Part shown: positions 37,520-49,999 of the stretch, one piece after another
How positions within the stretch are numbered: the stretch's first letter is position 1
Layout: every line of letters begins with the position of its first letter
NCBI RefSeq assembly: GCF_963921235.1
Contig: NC_086097.1
Coordinates: 177,260,001 to 177,324,000, forward strand
From: Mobula hypostoma
Lineage: Eukaryota
DNA: 64,000 bases
Direction: 5' to 3'
Notes under the pieces: generated by a model
The model's input: the letters and a program-made list of their open reading frames with translations, nothing else
What the model was told of the DNA's origin: nothing
Databases searched by the model: none
Made by a program: the position numbers and the translations under genes

Positions 37520-39545
37520 TGATGAACTAATTTTTGGTTTGACTTTGAGACCAATTTTCTGATGTACCATTTGGTGTTGCTCATGGGAGCTGCCTTGGTC
37601 CCCTGCTCTACTCCTTATACATGCTCCCCTTAGGAGACATCATTAGAAACCACACACGAGGAAATCTGCAGATGCTGGAAATTCAAACAACACACACAAA
37701 AAATGCTGGTGAATGCAGCAGGCCAGGCAGCATCTATAGGAAGAGGTACAGTCGATGTTTTGGGCCGGGACCCTTCGTCAGGACTAACTGAAAGAAGAGG
37801 TAGTAAGAGATTTGAAAGTGGGAGGGGAAGGGGAGATCTGAAATGATAGTAGAAGACAGGAGGGGGAGGGATGGAGCCAAGAGCTGGAGAAGGGAGAGGA
37901 TCATGGGACGGGAAGCCTGGGGAGAAAGAGAAGAGGGGAGGGGAGCCCAGAGGGTGGAGAGCAGGCAAGAGGTTATAGTGAGAGGGACAGAGGAAGGAAA
38001 AAGAGAAAGAGAGAAAAAAGGGGGGGAAAATAAAAAATATATTTATTAAATAAATAAATAAGGGATGGGGTGTGAAGGGGAGGAGGGACATCAAAGGAAG
38101 TTAAAGAAGTCAATATTCATGCCATCAGGTTGGAGACCACCCAGGCTGAATATAAGGTGTTGTTTCTCCAACCTGAGTGTGGCTTCATCTTGACAGTAGA
38201 GGAGGCCGTGGATAGACATATCAGAATGGGAATGGGACGTGGAATTAAAATATGTGGCCACTGAGAGATCTTGTTTTCTCTGGCGCCTCCAATGGGATCC
38301 CACCACTAAGCACATCTTTCCCTCCCTCCCCTCTGCTTTCCACAGGGATCACTCCCTACGCGACTCCCTTGTCCATTCATACCCCCCATCCCTTTCCACC
38401 AATCTCCCTCCCAGCACTTATCCTTGTAAGTGGAACAAGTGCCACATATGCCCTTACACTTCCTCCCTTACCACCATTCAGAGCCCCAGACAGTCCTTCC
38501 AGGTGAGGCGACACTTCACCTGTCAGTCGGCTGGGGTGATATACTGCATCCGGTGCTCCCAGCACGGTCTTCTATATATTGGCGAGACCCGAAGCAGGCT
38601 GGGAGACTGTTTCGTTGAACACCTACGCTCTGTCCACCAGAGGAAGCAGGATCTCCCAGTGGCCACACATTTTAATTCCACATCCCATTCCCATTCTGAC
38701 ATGTCTATCCACGGCCTCCTCTACTGTCAAGATGAAGCCACACTCAGGTTAGAGGAACAACACCTTATATTCAGCCTGGGTAGTCTCCAACCTGATGGCA
38801 TGAACATTGACTTAACTTCCGTTGATGTCCCTCCTCCCCTTCACACCCCATCCCTTATTTATTTATGTAATATATTTTTTATTTTTCCACCCTTTTTTCT
38901 CTCTTTCTCTTTTTTCTCCCTCTGTCCCTCTCACTATAACCTCTTGCCTGCTCTCCACCCTCTGGGCTCCCCTCCCCCCTTCTCTTTCTCCCCAGGCTTC
39001 CCGTCCCATGATCCTCTCCCTTCCCCAGCTCTTAGATCCATCCCTCCCCCTCCTGTCTTCTACTATCATTTCAGATCTCCCCCTCCCCCTTCCACTTTCA
39101 AATCTCTTACTACCTCTTACTAAATCTCTTTCAGTTAGTCCTGACAAAGGGTCCTGGCCCGAAACATCGACTGTACCTCTTCCTAGAGATGCTGCCTGGC
39201 CTGCTCCGTTCACCAGCATTTTTTTGTGTGTGTCATTAGAGACCATAAACTTGAATTCCACAGTTATGCAGATGACACAGAATTAATTATCTCAGTTAAG
39301 CTGATGATGATAACACCCTATTTTCTCTGACATCTGGTATGGCTGCAATAAACAAATGGATGAGCAATAATTTCCTAAAACTAAATGAGGATAAAACTGA
39401 AAAACTTTGATTGGTCCCAAAGCCAAAAGAGATAAACTTCTTGATAAACTTCTTGATAAACTTGGCTCCATCTCTAATTTCAGAAGTAACTAACCTAGGT
39501 GTTAGGTTTGATTCAGATTTGAATTTTAAATCCCTCATAAAATTT
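37520..39545 (+). mobile_element. L2-clade LINE RT fragment split by a Penelope insertion
   Basis: [25 protein letters not shown] before the insert; HKLEFHSYADDT and WMSNNFLKLNEDKTE after it. Confidence 0.8.
37653..39232 (+). mobile_element. Penelope-like element with GIY-YIG endonuclease and inverted 5' pseudo-LTR
   Basis: HFTCQSAGVIYCIRCSQHGLLYIGETRSRLGDCFVEHLRSV in ORF 38239-39123. Inverted arms of about 600 bp (37685-38285 and 38635-39232). TSD TCATTAGA(A/G)ACCA (37640-37652, 39233-39245). Confidence 0.93.
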
Positions 39546-41198
39546 GCTAATGTTCTCTTTTGCTAATGTAAATGCAAAAGAGAGGGCATACAACAAAGCA
39601 AAAATTAGCAGGAAGATAGAGGATTGGGAAGCATTTAAAAACCTACAAAGAGCAATTAAAAGAATCATTAGGAGGGAAAAGATGAAATATGAAAGCAAAC
39701 TAGCAAACAATATCATTCTTCTTGGACTGCAAAAGCAAGTGTTTAAGGATTTATTGAGTATTTAAAAATCTGGTGGTGGAGGGGAAAAACCTGTTCCTGA
39801 ATCACTGAGTGAGGGTCTTCAGATTCCTATACCTTTGCCCTGATAGTAGTAATGAGAAGAATTTGAACTTTGATTTGGAAAAATTCTGGAAATATTTGAC
39901 TTCTCACCTCTGAAGAGAGAAAAGAGTTTTATTTCAGGCTAGTTTGTGAGACTTCATCTGGAGTCCTGTGTACATTTTTGTTTTTTGTATTTAAACAAGT
40001 CTAATAGAGCACTGCAAATTAGGAAAGTTTTATGAAATCCTTCTCTCAAAGGGCAGTGAACCTCTGGGATTGTTTTCTCCTGAGGGTGGTGAATCATTAG
40101 ATATGTTTAAAGTAGAAATAGATAAATGTCTGGAAGACTAAAAAAATTGAGGATAATGGGGAACTGGCAGTGAAGAGTAAGATAGCAGTGAGTTCAGTCA
40201 CAGTAGCTTCTCTGGGCCTAGCTAACACTGTAATTGTTTGTCTTTTACATCATATTTACAATCGCAAGACACTGCTGAAGATTACGAATATCACCTACTG
40301 CAGGTCTACTGCAGCAGTGAGTTGCTCAATAGCCGTGAAGCTGGGCTCGTTGCGTACCGTGCCGTCACAAGCTACAGCCACCCAAGGAGGAAGGCTTCAG
40401 AGGCAGTGCACAGAGGTGGTGGCGCGCTCCACAAATAGTGCAAAGGATTGTCTTGGACATTGTTCTTGTGATCACAGAGACCCTGTTGGACAATAGTAAT
40501 GAAGAATGCACCAAGTCTGGCTCACTGGTTCATTGGTGAGACCGGCAGCAAGGAAGCTGCGTGGACCAGACCCTCATGACATGGTGTCACCTGTTACAGC
40601 CGCCCAGGGAAGGATGCGCTAGCGACCATGTGGGACGAGAGCAGAGGCACAGCGGGTGTGCTGGGTTGGGAGCTGGCCCCTCCCATCATTGCTTCTTCCC
40701 AGTGTGCACTTGGTGGAGGCTGGACTGTACTCAGGCCATGACACTCAGGGACATGGGTCATAGTATTTTTCATGTGACCGTATATTTCTCTGCTGTCATA
40801 GCTAAATGTGCTATGTGTGCTCTGTGTGACTGTTTGTACTGTTTTTTGTACCTCGGCCCCAGAGGAACACTGCTTCGTTTGGCTGCATTCATGTGTATGA
40901 TTGAATGACAATTAAACTTGGACTTGAGGTCAGCACAGATCAGCCATCGTAAAGCTGAATAGTGGGGCAGGCTTGATGGGCTGAGTGGCCATCTACTGCA
41001 CCAATTTCCTTGTCTTCTTGAGATACCAGGCGTGGAAAGGTTGTCCCATGGCCAGCAGTTGTAAAGGTGGGGCGTATATCTGCTGGGGTTAGAACAGAGC
41101 CGGGGACATGATTGTGTTGATGGGATTCTGCCCGAAACATAACAGGCAAATCCCTCCCCATCATCGCTGGTATCTACAGGAGGTAGTGCCTCAAGAAG

Positions 41199-41328
41199 GT
41201 AACAACAAATCCCTCACCTCCAAACTCGTTAAGAAACTAATTTTCAAACAAACGAGACTTATTCCTGATGAGAGTGTGGAGCTTCCACCAGACACAGTAA
41301 ATACATGTCATGGCAGATTGCGCTGTTT
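41199..41328 (+). repeat. Unclassified 130-bp repeat, copy 1
   Basis: About 80% identical by eye to 49508-49640, same orientation. Confidence 0.8.
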
Positions 41329-41497
41329 GACTTCATAGCAACATCACAGAAACTAGACTCGCCCCCTACGGACTCTGTCTACACTTCTCACTGCTTCAGT
41401 AAAGCAGCCAACATAATCAAAGGCCTCATCCACCCCCAACACTCTCACTTCTCCATCCCACCTCGTCTGGCAGAAGATACAAATGCCTGAAAGAATA

Positions 41498-41821
41498 TAC
41501 CACCAGGCTCAAGAACAGCTTCTATCCCACCCTTACCACATTCAGATTTATTTATCACATGTACATCGAAATGTACACTGACATTAGGAGCAGCATGTTC
41601 TACTTCCTGAGGAGATTGAGGTGAGTGAGGTGCCCCCACCTCATTCTAACCGATGTACCACCAGGCTCAATAACAGCTTCTATCCCACCCTTACCACATT
41701 CAGATTCAGATCCAGACTTATTTATCACACGTACATCGGAATGTACGCTGACATTGGGAGCACCAAGTTCCACTTCCTGAGGAGACTGAGGTGAGCGAGG
41801 CGCCCCCACCTCATTCTAACC
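41498..41821. repeat. Tandem duplication of about 160 bp spanning TE junctions
   Basis: TACCACCAGGCTCAA..CTCATTCTAACC starting at 41498 and 41656. Confidence 0.9.
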
Positions 41822-42965
41822 AATTTTTACAGAAGCACCATCGAGAGTGTCCTCACCATCTGGTATGGGAATGACAAGGCTCTCTACAAAGGATTGCAAG
41901 GACTGCTAAGAGGATCACTGGGGCCTGTCTTCCACCATCAGAGATATTTATCAGGAGCGCTGCATACGCAGGGCCCTTAGCATTGTCGATGATCCCTCCC
42001 ATCCATCCCACAACCTCTTTGACCCGCTACCATCAGCCAGGAGTGTAGATTAAGACAAGAACTGTTAGGGTGGGTTGGAAATAGCTTCTTCCCAAGACCA
42101 TAGGACTGCTAAACTACTTGCCACCACCTGGGTCTCAACATTTATGAAGCGCCAGTAGTGTTTATTGTTTACTTTTCAACTTTCATAAATGCACCTGATT
42201 ATTTGTTAATTTATTTGTGTAAATACTATTTTATGTGTTGTGTGTGTGAGTTATATGTACTGTGTTGTGCACTTTGGTCCAGAGGAACATTGTTTTATTT
42301 GGTAGTGTACGCATGTGCAGCTGGATGACAATACACTAAACTTCAACTTGAAGCATACAGTGAAATACATCATTTGCATTAACAACCATTATATACAAGG
42401 ACTTGTTGAGGGCCGCCTACAAGAGCTGCCGCACACTCTGGCGCCGATACAGAACGCCCACAGTGCTCAGCAGAATAACACAAGCAGCAACAATGACAAC
42501 AAAACTAAACAAGACAACAGCAGCCGTGCAAGTCACTTTCCCACCTCCCACATACCCACACAGACAAGCCTCCAGCCACAGGTCAGACCTCTTCTGGGCC
42601 TCCAGTCCTCGGCCCAGGAGTCTCAGACTCACACATATTGGGCCTCCAACGGATTTCACCCCAGGACTTGCTGATAACGAGCTTGACCTTCAGATCTAGA
42701 CTCAGGATTTGCCGATTATGACTTTGGCGTTCAATCCTCAACTTCTGGACTCCCACAGACCTGCTCCTCATGGCACCTTCAGCCTTTGATGAGCACAGCT
42801 CACCATGCTCTGCACTTCTCCGGACTTCACCAACATCTGGGTATTGATCCAAGGTCTCACCAATCACAGGTTTGACTTTCAGGCCTAGTCTTCCAGACTC
42901 ACATGGATGTCCGTAGAGCAAGGCTGTGGTTGCAATACCACTCAACCAGCTGACCTATCTCACTA

Positions 42966-44460
42966 TTCCTTCCTTCCTTCCTTGTGGCCTTAACTCCTGG
43001 TGGAGTCGTCGGGGCGCTGTCATGACAAGCTTTGCACCAGTCTGTTCCATCTGTCGCGGTTGTGCGCCAGAGCCTGGGTCACCGCAGGTGTTTTCCCTGT
43101 CCATTCTTTAATGTTGTCCATCTATCTTTTCCTCCGTCTACCTCTCCTCCTTTTCTCCTCCACAGTTCCTTGTCTTTGCAAGGTCACTCGATCTTGTTAC
43201 GTGGCCATACCATCTCAGCTTTCTTTTCTTCACCGTTGTGAGAAGGTCTTCATGGGGGCCAATGTGGTGCTGGGTGGTCTTGCAGACCTGCTCGTTTGTA
43301 ATTTGGTCCAAGTATGAGATGCCCAAGATGTTGTGATAGCATCTCATTTCCAATGCCTGTATAGCTGTGCTGTGAGGGTCCATGTCTCACATGCGTACAG
43401 GAAGATGGAGAATACCAGTGCACGCAGGAGTCTGATCTTGTACTTCATGGTGATGTTGCTGTCCCTCCATATTGTCTTGAGTTTGGATAGTGCAGTCATT
43501 GTCTGTGCCGTTCTTGCCAGAATTTCTGGTCTTGATCCTTCATCGCTGATGATTGCCCCCAGGTATTTGAACTGCTGCACTGTCTCAAGTTTCTGACCGT
43601 GGACTGAGATGTCTGTTGTGATGGCACCCTTGGCATTTGCCATGAGCTTGGTTTTCTGGGCACTTACTTTCATTCCAAACCTTGTGGAGGCTCTGTCAAG
43701 AGGGCTGACTAGGTTGGCCAGTTCGTCCTCTTTTCCTGCAAATCCATCAATGTCATCAGCAAATCTTAGGTTTGTGATGTTCCTCCCTCCGATGCTGACT
43801 GTGCCCACATGATCTTCAAGGGCAACACTCATGATTTGTTCCAGGAAGACGTTGACGAGAGTGGGGGAGAGGAGGCAGACCTGACGGATTCCTACAGAGG
43901 TATGGAACCACTCCCCATTGGTGCCCCGAGCGAGCACTGCACTGGTTGCCTTGGCGTAAAGCTGATGAATTGTATGAATCAGCTTCTGCCCCATGTTGAA
44001 TTTCTTCATGGTGGCCCATAAGGCATCATGTCAGACTCTGTCAAACGCCTTCTTGAAGTCTATGAAGACATGGTACTCTCTGGTGCTGAAGGTGTTTCTC
44101 GCAGAGGGTGCAGAGGTTGAAACTCTGCTCAGTGGCGCTTCTGCCCTTACGGAAGCCTGCTTGTTCCTTGGCAATGATGTCTTCTGCCTGAGGTCTGTTC
44201 AAGATGATTCTGAGCATTACCTTGCTTACATGGCTGATCAAACTGATGGTACGGTAATTCTGGCAAAGTTGGAGATTGCCTTTATTGGGAAGCACAATGA
44301 TCAGCAACTGAGTCCAAGGTGTTGGCCATTCACCTGTCTGCCAGATCTTATTGCAGATGGTGGTAAGCGTGTCTATCGTAGCCTCTCCTCCATGCTTCAG
44401 CAGTTCAGCAGGGATGTTATCAACTCCTGCTGACTTCCCACACTTACCGCTATTGTCCAC
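42966..44460 (-). mobile_element. RTE-clade LINE, 5'-truncated RT
   Basis: KSAGVDNIPAELLK..WPTPWTQ..NYRTISLISH..EQAGFRKGRS; NLRFADDI; FKYLG; FSIFLYACETWTL; (AAGG)n tail at 42966-42983. Confidence 0.93.
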
Positions 44461-45527
44461 CTCCAAATCACCACCTGAGATTTTGCCACCAACAGTTAGT
44501 TGATCAGCAAATTTATAGATGGCATTTTGCTGTGCCTAGCCACAGAGTCATGGGTGTAGAGAGAGTAGAGCAGTGGGCTAAGCACACATCCTTGGGTGCA
44601 GCAGAGCTGATTGTCAGTAAGGAGATGTTATTTCCAATCTGCACTGACTGTGGTTTCTTGATGAGGAAATCAAGGATCCAGTTGTGGATGGCATACAAAG
44701 CAGTTTTTTGCTCAGTACAGGCGACAATAATAAACCAATTAAATCCTTCCTTTATAGATAATACAGCCATGAATAGATCCAGTAAAAATTTTATCCATGG
44801 AGTGAATAGACGAAGAGGTTGGCATGGACATGGTGGATATGGTTTCTTTCCCAGATTCCGAAATCGGAAACTGGAAGGCATTGATTCGAGGTAAGGGTGC
44901 GGGAACTTGAGAGCAATATTCTCACCCAGAGGATCGTTTGTATATGGAATGAAGTACAGAAGGAAGTGGTTGAGACTTGGGCAGTAAATGGATAAGAAAG
45001 GCTTACAAAAATGTGAGCCAAATGTTTAGATGGGCTTATTGGTTAGCATAGGCTGGCTGGATTGGAAAGGCCGGATTCTGTGCTTATTGACTCCATGACT
45101 CTAAAGATCAGAACTGATTTGAAAAGGAAGGTGGATAAACATATGAGAGGGAAAGGAATAGAAGACAAGGTGGGGTATGGAATGGGGCAGGAGTGACGAG
45201 TGAGGAGAAAGTATGGAGGAACAGGGGTTTTTTGGGGTCCACATCCACAGATCCCTCAAAGTTGCAATTCAAGTCAACAGGGTGGTTCAGAAGGCATATA
45301 GTGTGTTGGCCTTCATTAATCAGGGAATTGAGTTCAAGAGCCAAGAGATAATGTTGCAGCTCTATAAACCTCTGGTTTGAGCAAGTAGGACTTCTCTTTG
45401 GAGCAACAGAGGATGAGAGGTGACTTGATAGAGGTATATAAGATTACGAGAGGCATAGAGAGAGTGGTCAGTCGGCACCTCTTCCCCAGAGTAGCAATTG
45501 CCAATAGCAGAGGACATCTGTTTAAGG

Positions 45528-47801
45528 CAGAGTTTCCCAACCTTTTTCAGCCAAATGCACCCTTAAAGTACTTTCATACTTGCCAAAGCCCCATTAATTT
45601 ATCAAACCTTCATACTTGCCAACGCCCCTCTAAGGCACAATCTACTTTCCGGCAACCCCATACTGTAAAAACGTCTACAATATGCTAACATGATTTAAAT
45701 TTTTATCTTTAAATCTAGCTTACACAGTACCCATGCATTGTACAGCAGCTTCAATATCAATGTGATCCTTGAGCTTGATGGTTTCTAGCAAGAATTGAAA
45801 TATCTTGTTCAAGTTGTGTCAGCAAAAGCCTTAAGTCCCCACACGTTACAATGTCCAAGTGGTTTCTGTTTTATGTGAGTACGTGGTTCACTGCACTGAA
45901 GCTTTTTTCAGCAAGGTAGGAGGATGGAAATGAAGAGCAGTTTGGTTCTTCTCCAAAGACCACTAAACTTCGTATGACAGTGTAGAGACATACCACAAAA
46001 GGCAACATTTTTGAAAACATTTCTGCTTCTTCATTGTTCTGAATTTCGATAATTTCTTCCTACAAGCTCTCTTCCACCTTGCAAAAAAAAAGGGTTAATT
46101 ACCCAGTCCACAATTTCCAGATCGTTCTAATCTTTGAATTGATTCTGAAAATCCTTCTTTAGTGACTGCGGGAGTAAGCAGTACGCTTTACTCTTGTAAG
46201 TCACCATCTAAGAAAGAGAGTGCATACTTCCCATGTAAGGAAACTGTGGGAACATTTTCCCAATGTTTACTTACATATTTCCAAATTGCAAAAGAACCTG
46301 GACACTGCACTTTTTACTTGAGTTAAACTGAAATTCTCACCCTACAGTTTCATATTTAGAATTTTGTCATTTTGTCATACAAATTGGCTAGGTATACCAC
46401 ATCTCCACGTAGAAGTTCAAACTTGTTTCTCATGCTCTTGTCAACTTTGAGTAAAAATTCAACAGCAGCATTAAAAAGATCAAAGAAATCTTTTAAGCAG
46501 TAGCCTTTTGACAGCCAGTGCACTTTAGTGTGAAGAAGCAAGCATTCAAACTCTTTGTCATTATCTTGGCATAACTGGAGAAATATTCTGCAATTTATTG
46601 AATGAGCTTTAATTTTGTTGATACTAGTTGTTACAAGAGTCATGCTTGAAAAAAGTTGCTGGCTGAGGTTTTTGGCTGCGAGATGTTGACAATGAATTAC
46701 ACAATGTATTACAAACAGACTTCGAATTTCTTTTTCATAAATGCCGCTAAATCAGCAAGGTGACCTGTCTTATATGGTGTTCCATCTGTTCCACAAGAAA
46801 TAATGTTCCTAATCAGAATACTTTTATCCTCAATATATATTTTGAGCTCATTGTAGATTGATTCCCTTCTGAAATTTGTTTTTAACTTTTTACAAAAGAG
46901 GATCTCTTCATAAACTTTTCCATTTTTGATAAATGATACATATGCCATTAGCAATGCCTCATTGTCTCTCAGAGTGGACTCATCCAGTTGTATCCCAAGT
47001 TCTGTTTTTTGCAGCTCTGTGCATAGTTGATACTCAATGTCGTCACTCATTTCATCAATACAACGAGCTGCAGAGTTATTACTCAGTGGAATTGATTTTA
47101 AAATACTGGTATCCATTTTGAGAACAGTGGTGAGCATTTCAGATACAGCAAGCATTGCCAATCTTTCACCAATTGTATGAGATTTTCCACTTTGCTATCA
47201 TTTTGGAAATGTTATAAGAAGCAATGAGACCACTATCAAGGTTATTTTTAGTTTTCTTGCCAAATGACTCAAGTGTACAATTCTTTTCGAATGCTTCCTT
47301 CATCTTCTGGAAGAGAGTAATACCATAAGTAGTCTTTTCAGGGTGTCTTTTATACAGGTACTCCTGCAATCTTGATGGTTCCAAGACTTCATTAGACAAT
47401 GCAGAATTACGAATAAAACACATGGGCAGCACGGATCTGACAGGAAGAGAATAAAACCATACTCCAGGTATGTAACATTGTTATGATGCACTTTTTGTAG
47501 TTTCTGTTTCTTAGCAGATTTAGAATTCAAGGCTTCACTGCCATCAGACTCATAGAGATCATGCCATACGTATTTATCCAACATTAATGGGTCTAAATTA
47601 AAATTTAAAATTAACACAAACTGGGAATGCCTATTGGATGTTGACGACAGCAGTGAGTTGACATGGTCGGTCAAGTCTCATGCCTCACGTTAGGGTGTTG
47701 CTTACCACCTCCCCCCCAAGAATCTTGAACGCCCTCCCGACAACTTCTATTTCCCCCACTGCCTCGTTAGGACAAGTAACCGCCGCTGTTGGGAATCACT
47801 G
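45528..47801 (-). mobile_element. hAT DNA transposon (Buster/Charlie type) with decayed transposase, inserted in a CR1 fragment (about 45210-48545)
   Basis: TIRs CAGAGTTTCCCAAC and GTTGGGAATCACTG; 8-bp TSD GTTTAAGG / ATTTAAAG with central TA; YLEYGF, IPLSNN, IQLDEST, HCVIH, LLLHTKVHWLSKG, FPSSYL. Confidence 0.93.
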
Positions 47802-47844
47802 ATTTAAAGTAAGTAAAGAAAAGTTTATTGGAGGTGTCAGAGGT

Positions 47845-48310
47845 AACAAATAAACCCTTCCCAGGCTTCCATCTGGTACAAGTATCAACTTTAACCAACG
47901 TTTCAATTACAAACTCTGCCATCTTCATCAGGGATGATGCCTGGGCATGTCTAGTCTGGTGGTATTTATATCCTGTTGTCTGTCCCTCCTGATTGGTTAG
48001 TCCTCATCCAATCAGGTTTCCACTGTCCCACCCTGTTTACCGTCGAATCCAGTTCTTACTCGAGTGCAACCTTTAACTTTCTTAAAATTTTTTTCCTCTA
48101 GTTTTATTTCAATGGCTTCCTTCACCGGTGGGGGGGGGGGGGATCCCAAAAGCCACTAATGTGGCACAGTAGTTTTGTGTTGTCAAAGTGCATCCTATGG
48201 CCTTTGTGAATGCAATATTCTGCTACCACCAAATTCTCCATGTGTCCCAAATGGATACACTTCCTATGCTCCTTGATGGGGGTATGGCCGATATATGATA
48301 TACAATATAT
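47845..48310 (-). mobile_element. Poseidon-type Penelope-like 3' fragment
   Basis: 11-bp TSD GTGTCAGAGGT (47834-47844, 48311-48321); KEAIEIKLEEK; hammerhead-like CTGATGA..GAAACGTT at 47893-47935 on the minus strand. Confidence 0.85.
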
Positions 48311-48879
48311 GTGTCAGAGGTGGCTTTTTTTACTCATGGAGTGGTGACTGCCCAGAATGCACTGCCAGGGGTAGTGGTAGGGGCTGATGCTATACAGACA
48401 TTTAAAAGACTCTTAGATAGGCACGCGGATGTAAGAATAATGGAGGGTCTGGGGTGTGGAGGAGTGAAGGGTTAGATTGCTCGTGGATTAAGTTTATATT
48501 TGTTGGCACAATGTTAGAGGCCAAAGAGCCCCTACTAGGTTCTAAAACACGGACAGAAACCAATTGCTCACCCTCTCATATGTTTTGAACATAGTCATCT
48601 CCTGGTCTATTGGCATCATTGCCCTCATCTGTCAGACTAGAAACTGCAAAACCAGGGTGGAAGACAGTTATCTTCAATCTCTCGCGGGCACTAAAGATTT
48701 TTTTAGACATTACACTTTCCAAAAAACTCTACATAAGGTGAAGGACTTCCACGTGGAAAGAAATTGAACCCATAAACACTGCCTCATTATTCATTTCTCT
48801 TTGTACTTTTTATTTAGCTTTGAATTTGTAGTCCTTTTTCACTGTGTCGCTGCTGTAAAACAGCAAATTTGGAGTCATC

Positions 48880-49262
48880 ATTTCGATCGCTGTTCAATTC
48901 CAGCCGCTGCCTGTAAGAAGTGTTTTACCCTCTCCCGTGACCACATGTGCTTCCTCCGGGTGCCCCGGTTTCATCTCACCTTCCAAAGGCATGGGGTGGC
49001 ATAGTAGAGGAGCTGTTAGCACAATGCTTTACAGTACAGGTGACCCAGGTTCACTTCCCACCCACTGGCTGTAGGGAGTTTCTACGTCTTCCTTGTGATC
49101 GCATGGGTTTCCTCCCACAGTCCAAGGGCATACCAGTTGGTAGGTTAATTGGTCATTGTAAATTGTTTGGTGATTAGGTTTGGATTAAATGGGGGCATTG
49201 CTGGGAGGCATGACTCAGCAGGCAGGAAGGGCCTATTCCACGCTGTATATCAAATTAAACAA
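48880..49262 (+). mobile_element. Two adjacent V-SINE copies
   Basis: GTTCAATTCC B box; CTCCGGGTGCCCCGGTTTC; GGTAGGTTAATTGGTCATTGTAAATTG shared with 19303-19612. Confidence 0.7.
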
Positions 49263-49507
49263 GTAAAATGCTGTGTTGTTGACAACAATTACAGGTTGCT
49301 TCCACAACATAGTCGGACTAAGTTGTTCATTGACGCTAATGACACATTTCAACATATGTTTTACAGTACATGTGACTAAGCTAACCTTCTTCTATCTTTC
49401 CTGTGTACTGTAACTTAGTGATAATAAATTTGATTCTGATTTTGATTTGATTTGAACTCGTCTAGTCTGTTCAGCAACCACCAGCAACTGTTTGAAAGTG
49501 TGGACGA

Positions 49508-49640
49508 GTAAACCACAAATCCTTAACCTTTAAACTCGTTAGCAGAACTAACTTACAAACAATTGAGACTTGTTCCTTATGAGAGTGTGAGGTTTCCACC
49601 AGACACAGGTAAATAGGAGTCATGGGAGATTGCGCTGTCT
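49508..49640 (+). repeat. Unclassified 130-bp repeat, copy 2
   Basis: Homologous to 41199-41328. Confidence 0.8.
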
Positions 49641-49857
49641 GGCTGGAAGAATTGGGATTTGCTTCAGAGAAGCAAGTTAAAGATTAATGAGATTTAACAA
49701 AATGCAATGTGATGAATGCGTGGATACCAAAGATGACAAGTTGGTGCCTAAAGGCTTTCATTGACTCAGCTGCCCATTCACCAGCTCTGGTTATCAGCAG
49801 CTGTTAACTGAAGTCACTTACTTTAAATAGTCATGACTGTATTGGTCAATGCAAGGG

Positions 49858-49859
49858 GT

Positions 49860-49908
<49 letters not shown>

Positions 49909-49917
49909 TGTGTGTGT
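49858..49917. repeat. (TG)n microsatellite
   Basis: About 30 TG units with two interruptions. Confidence 0.98.
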
Positions 49918-49999
49918 ATAGTAATGTCGTTTTAGGTGTAGTTTTGTGATCAGCGTTCTTGGCTTTAAATCAGAAGGCAATGGTGCTACAGCCCTACTC

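Noticed and set aside
41218..41275. CTGATGAG plus upstream hairpin as a type II hammerhead
   Set aside because: GAAA is CAAA, there is no UH site or stem I, and the second copy has CTTATGAG.
45800..47620. ZBED5/SCAND3-like host gene
   Set aside because: Multiple frameshifts and stops; still bounded by TIRs and a TSD.
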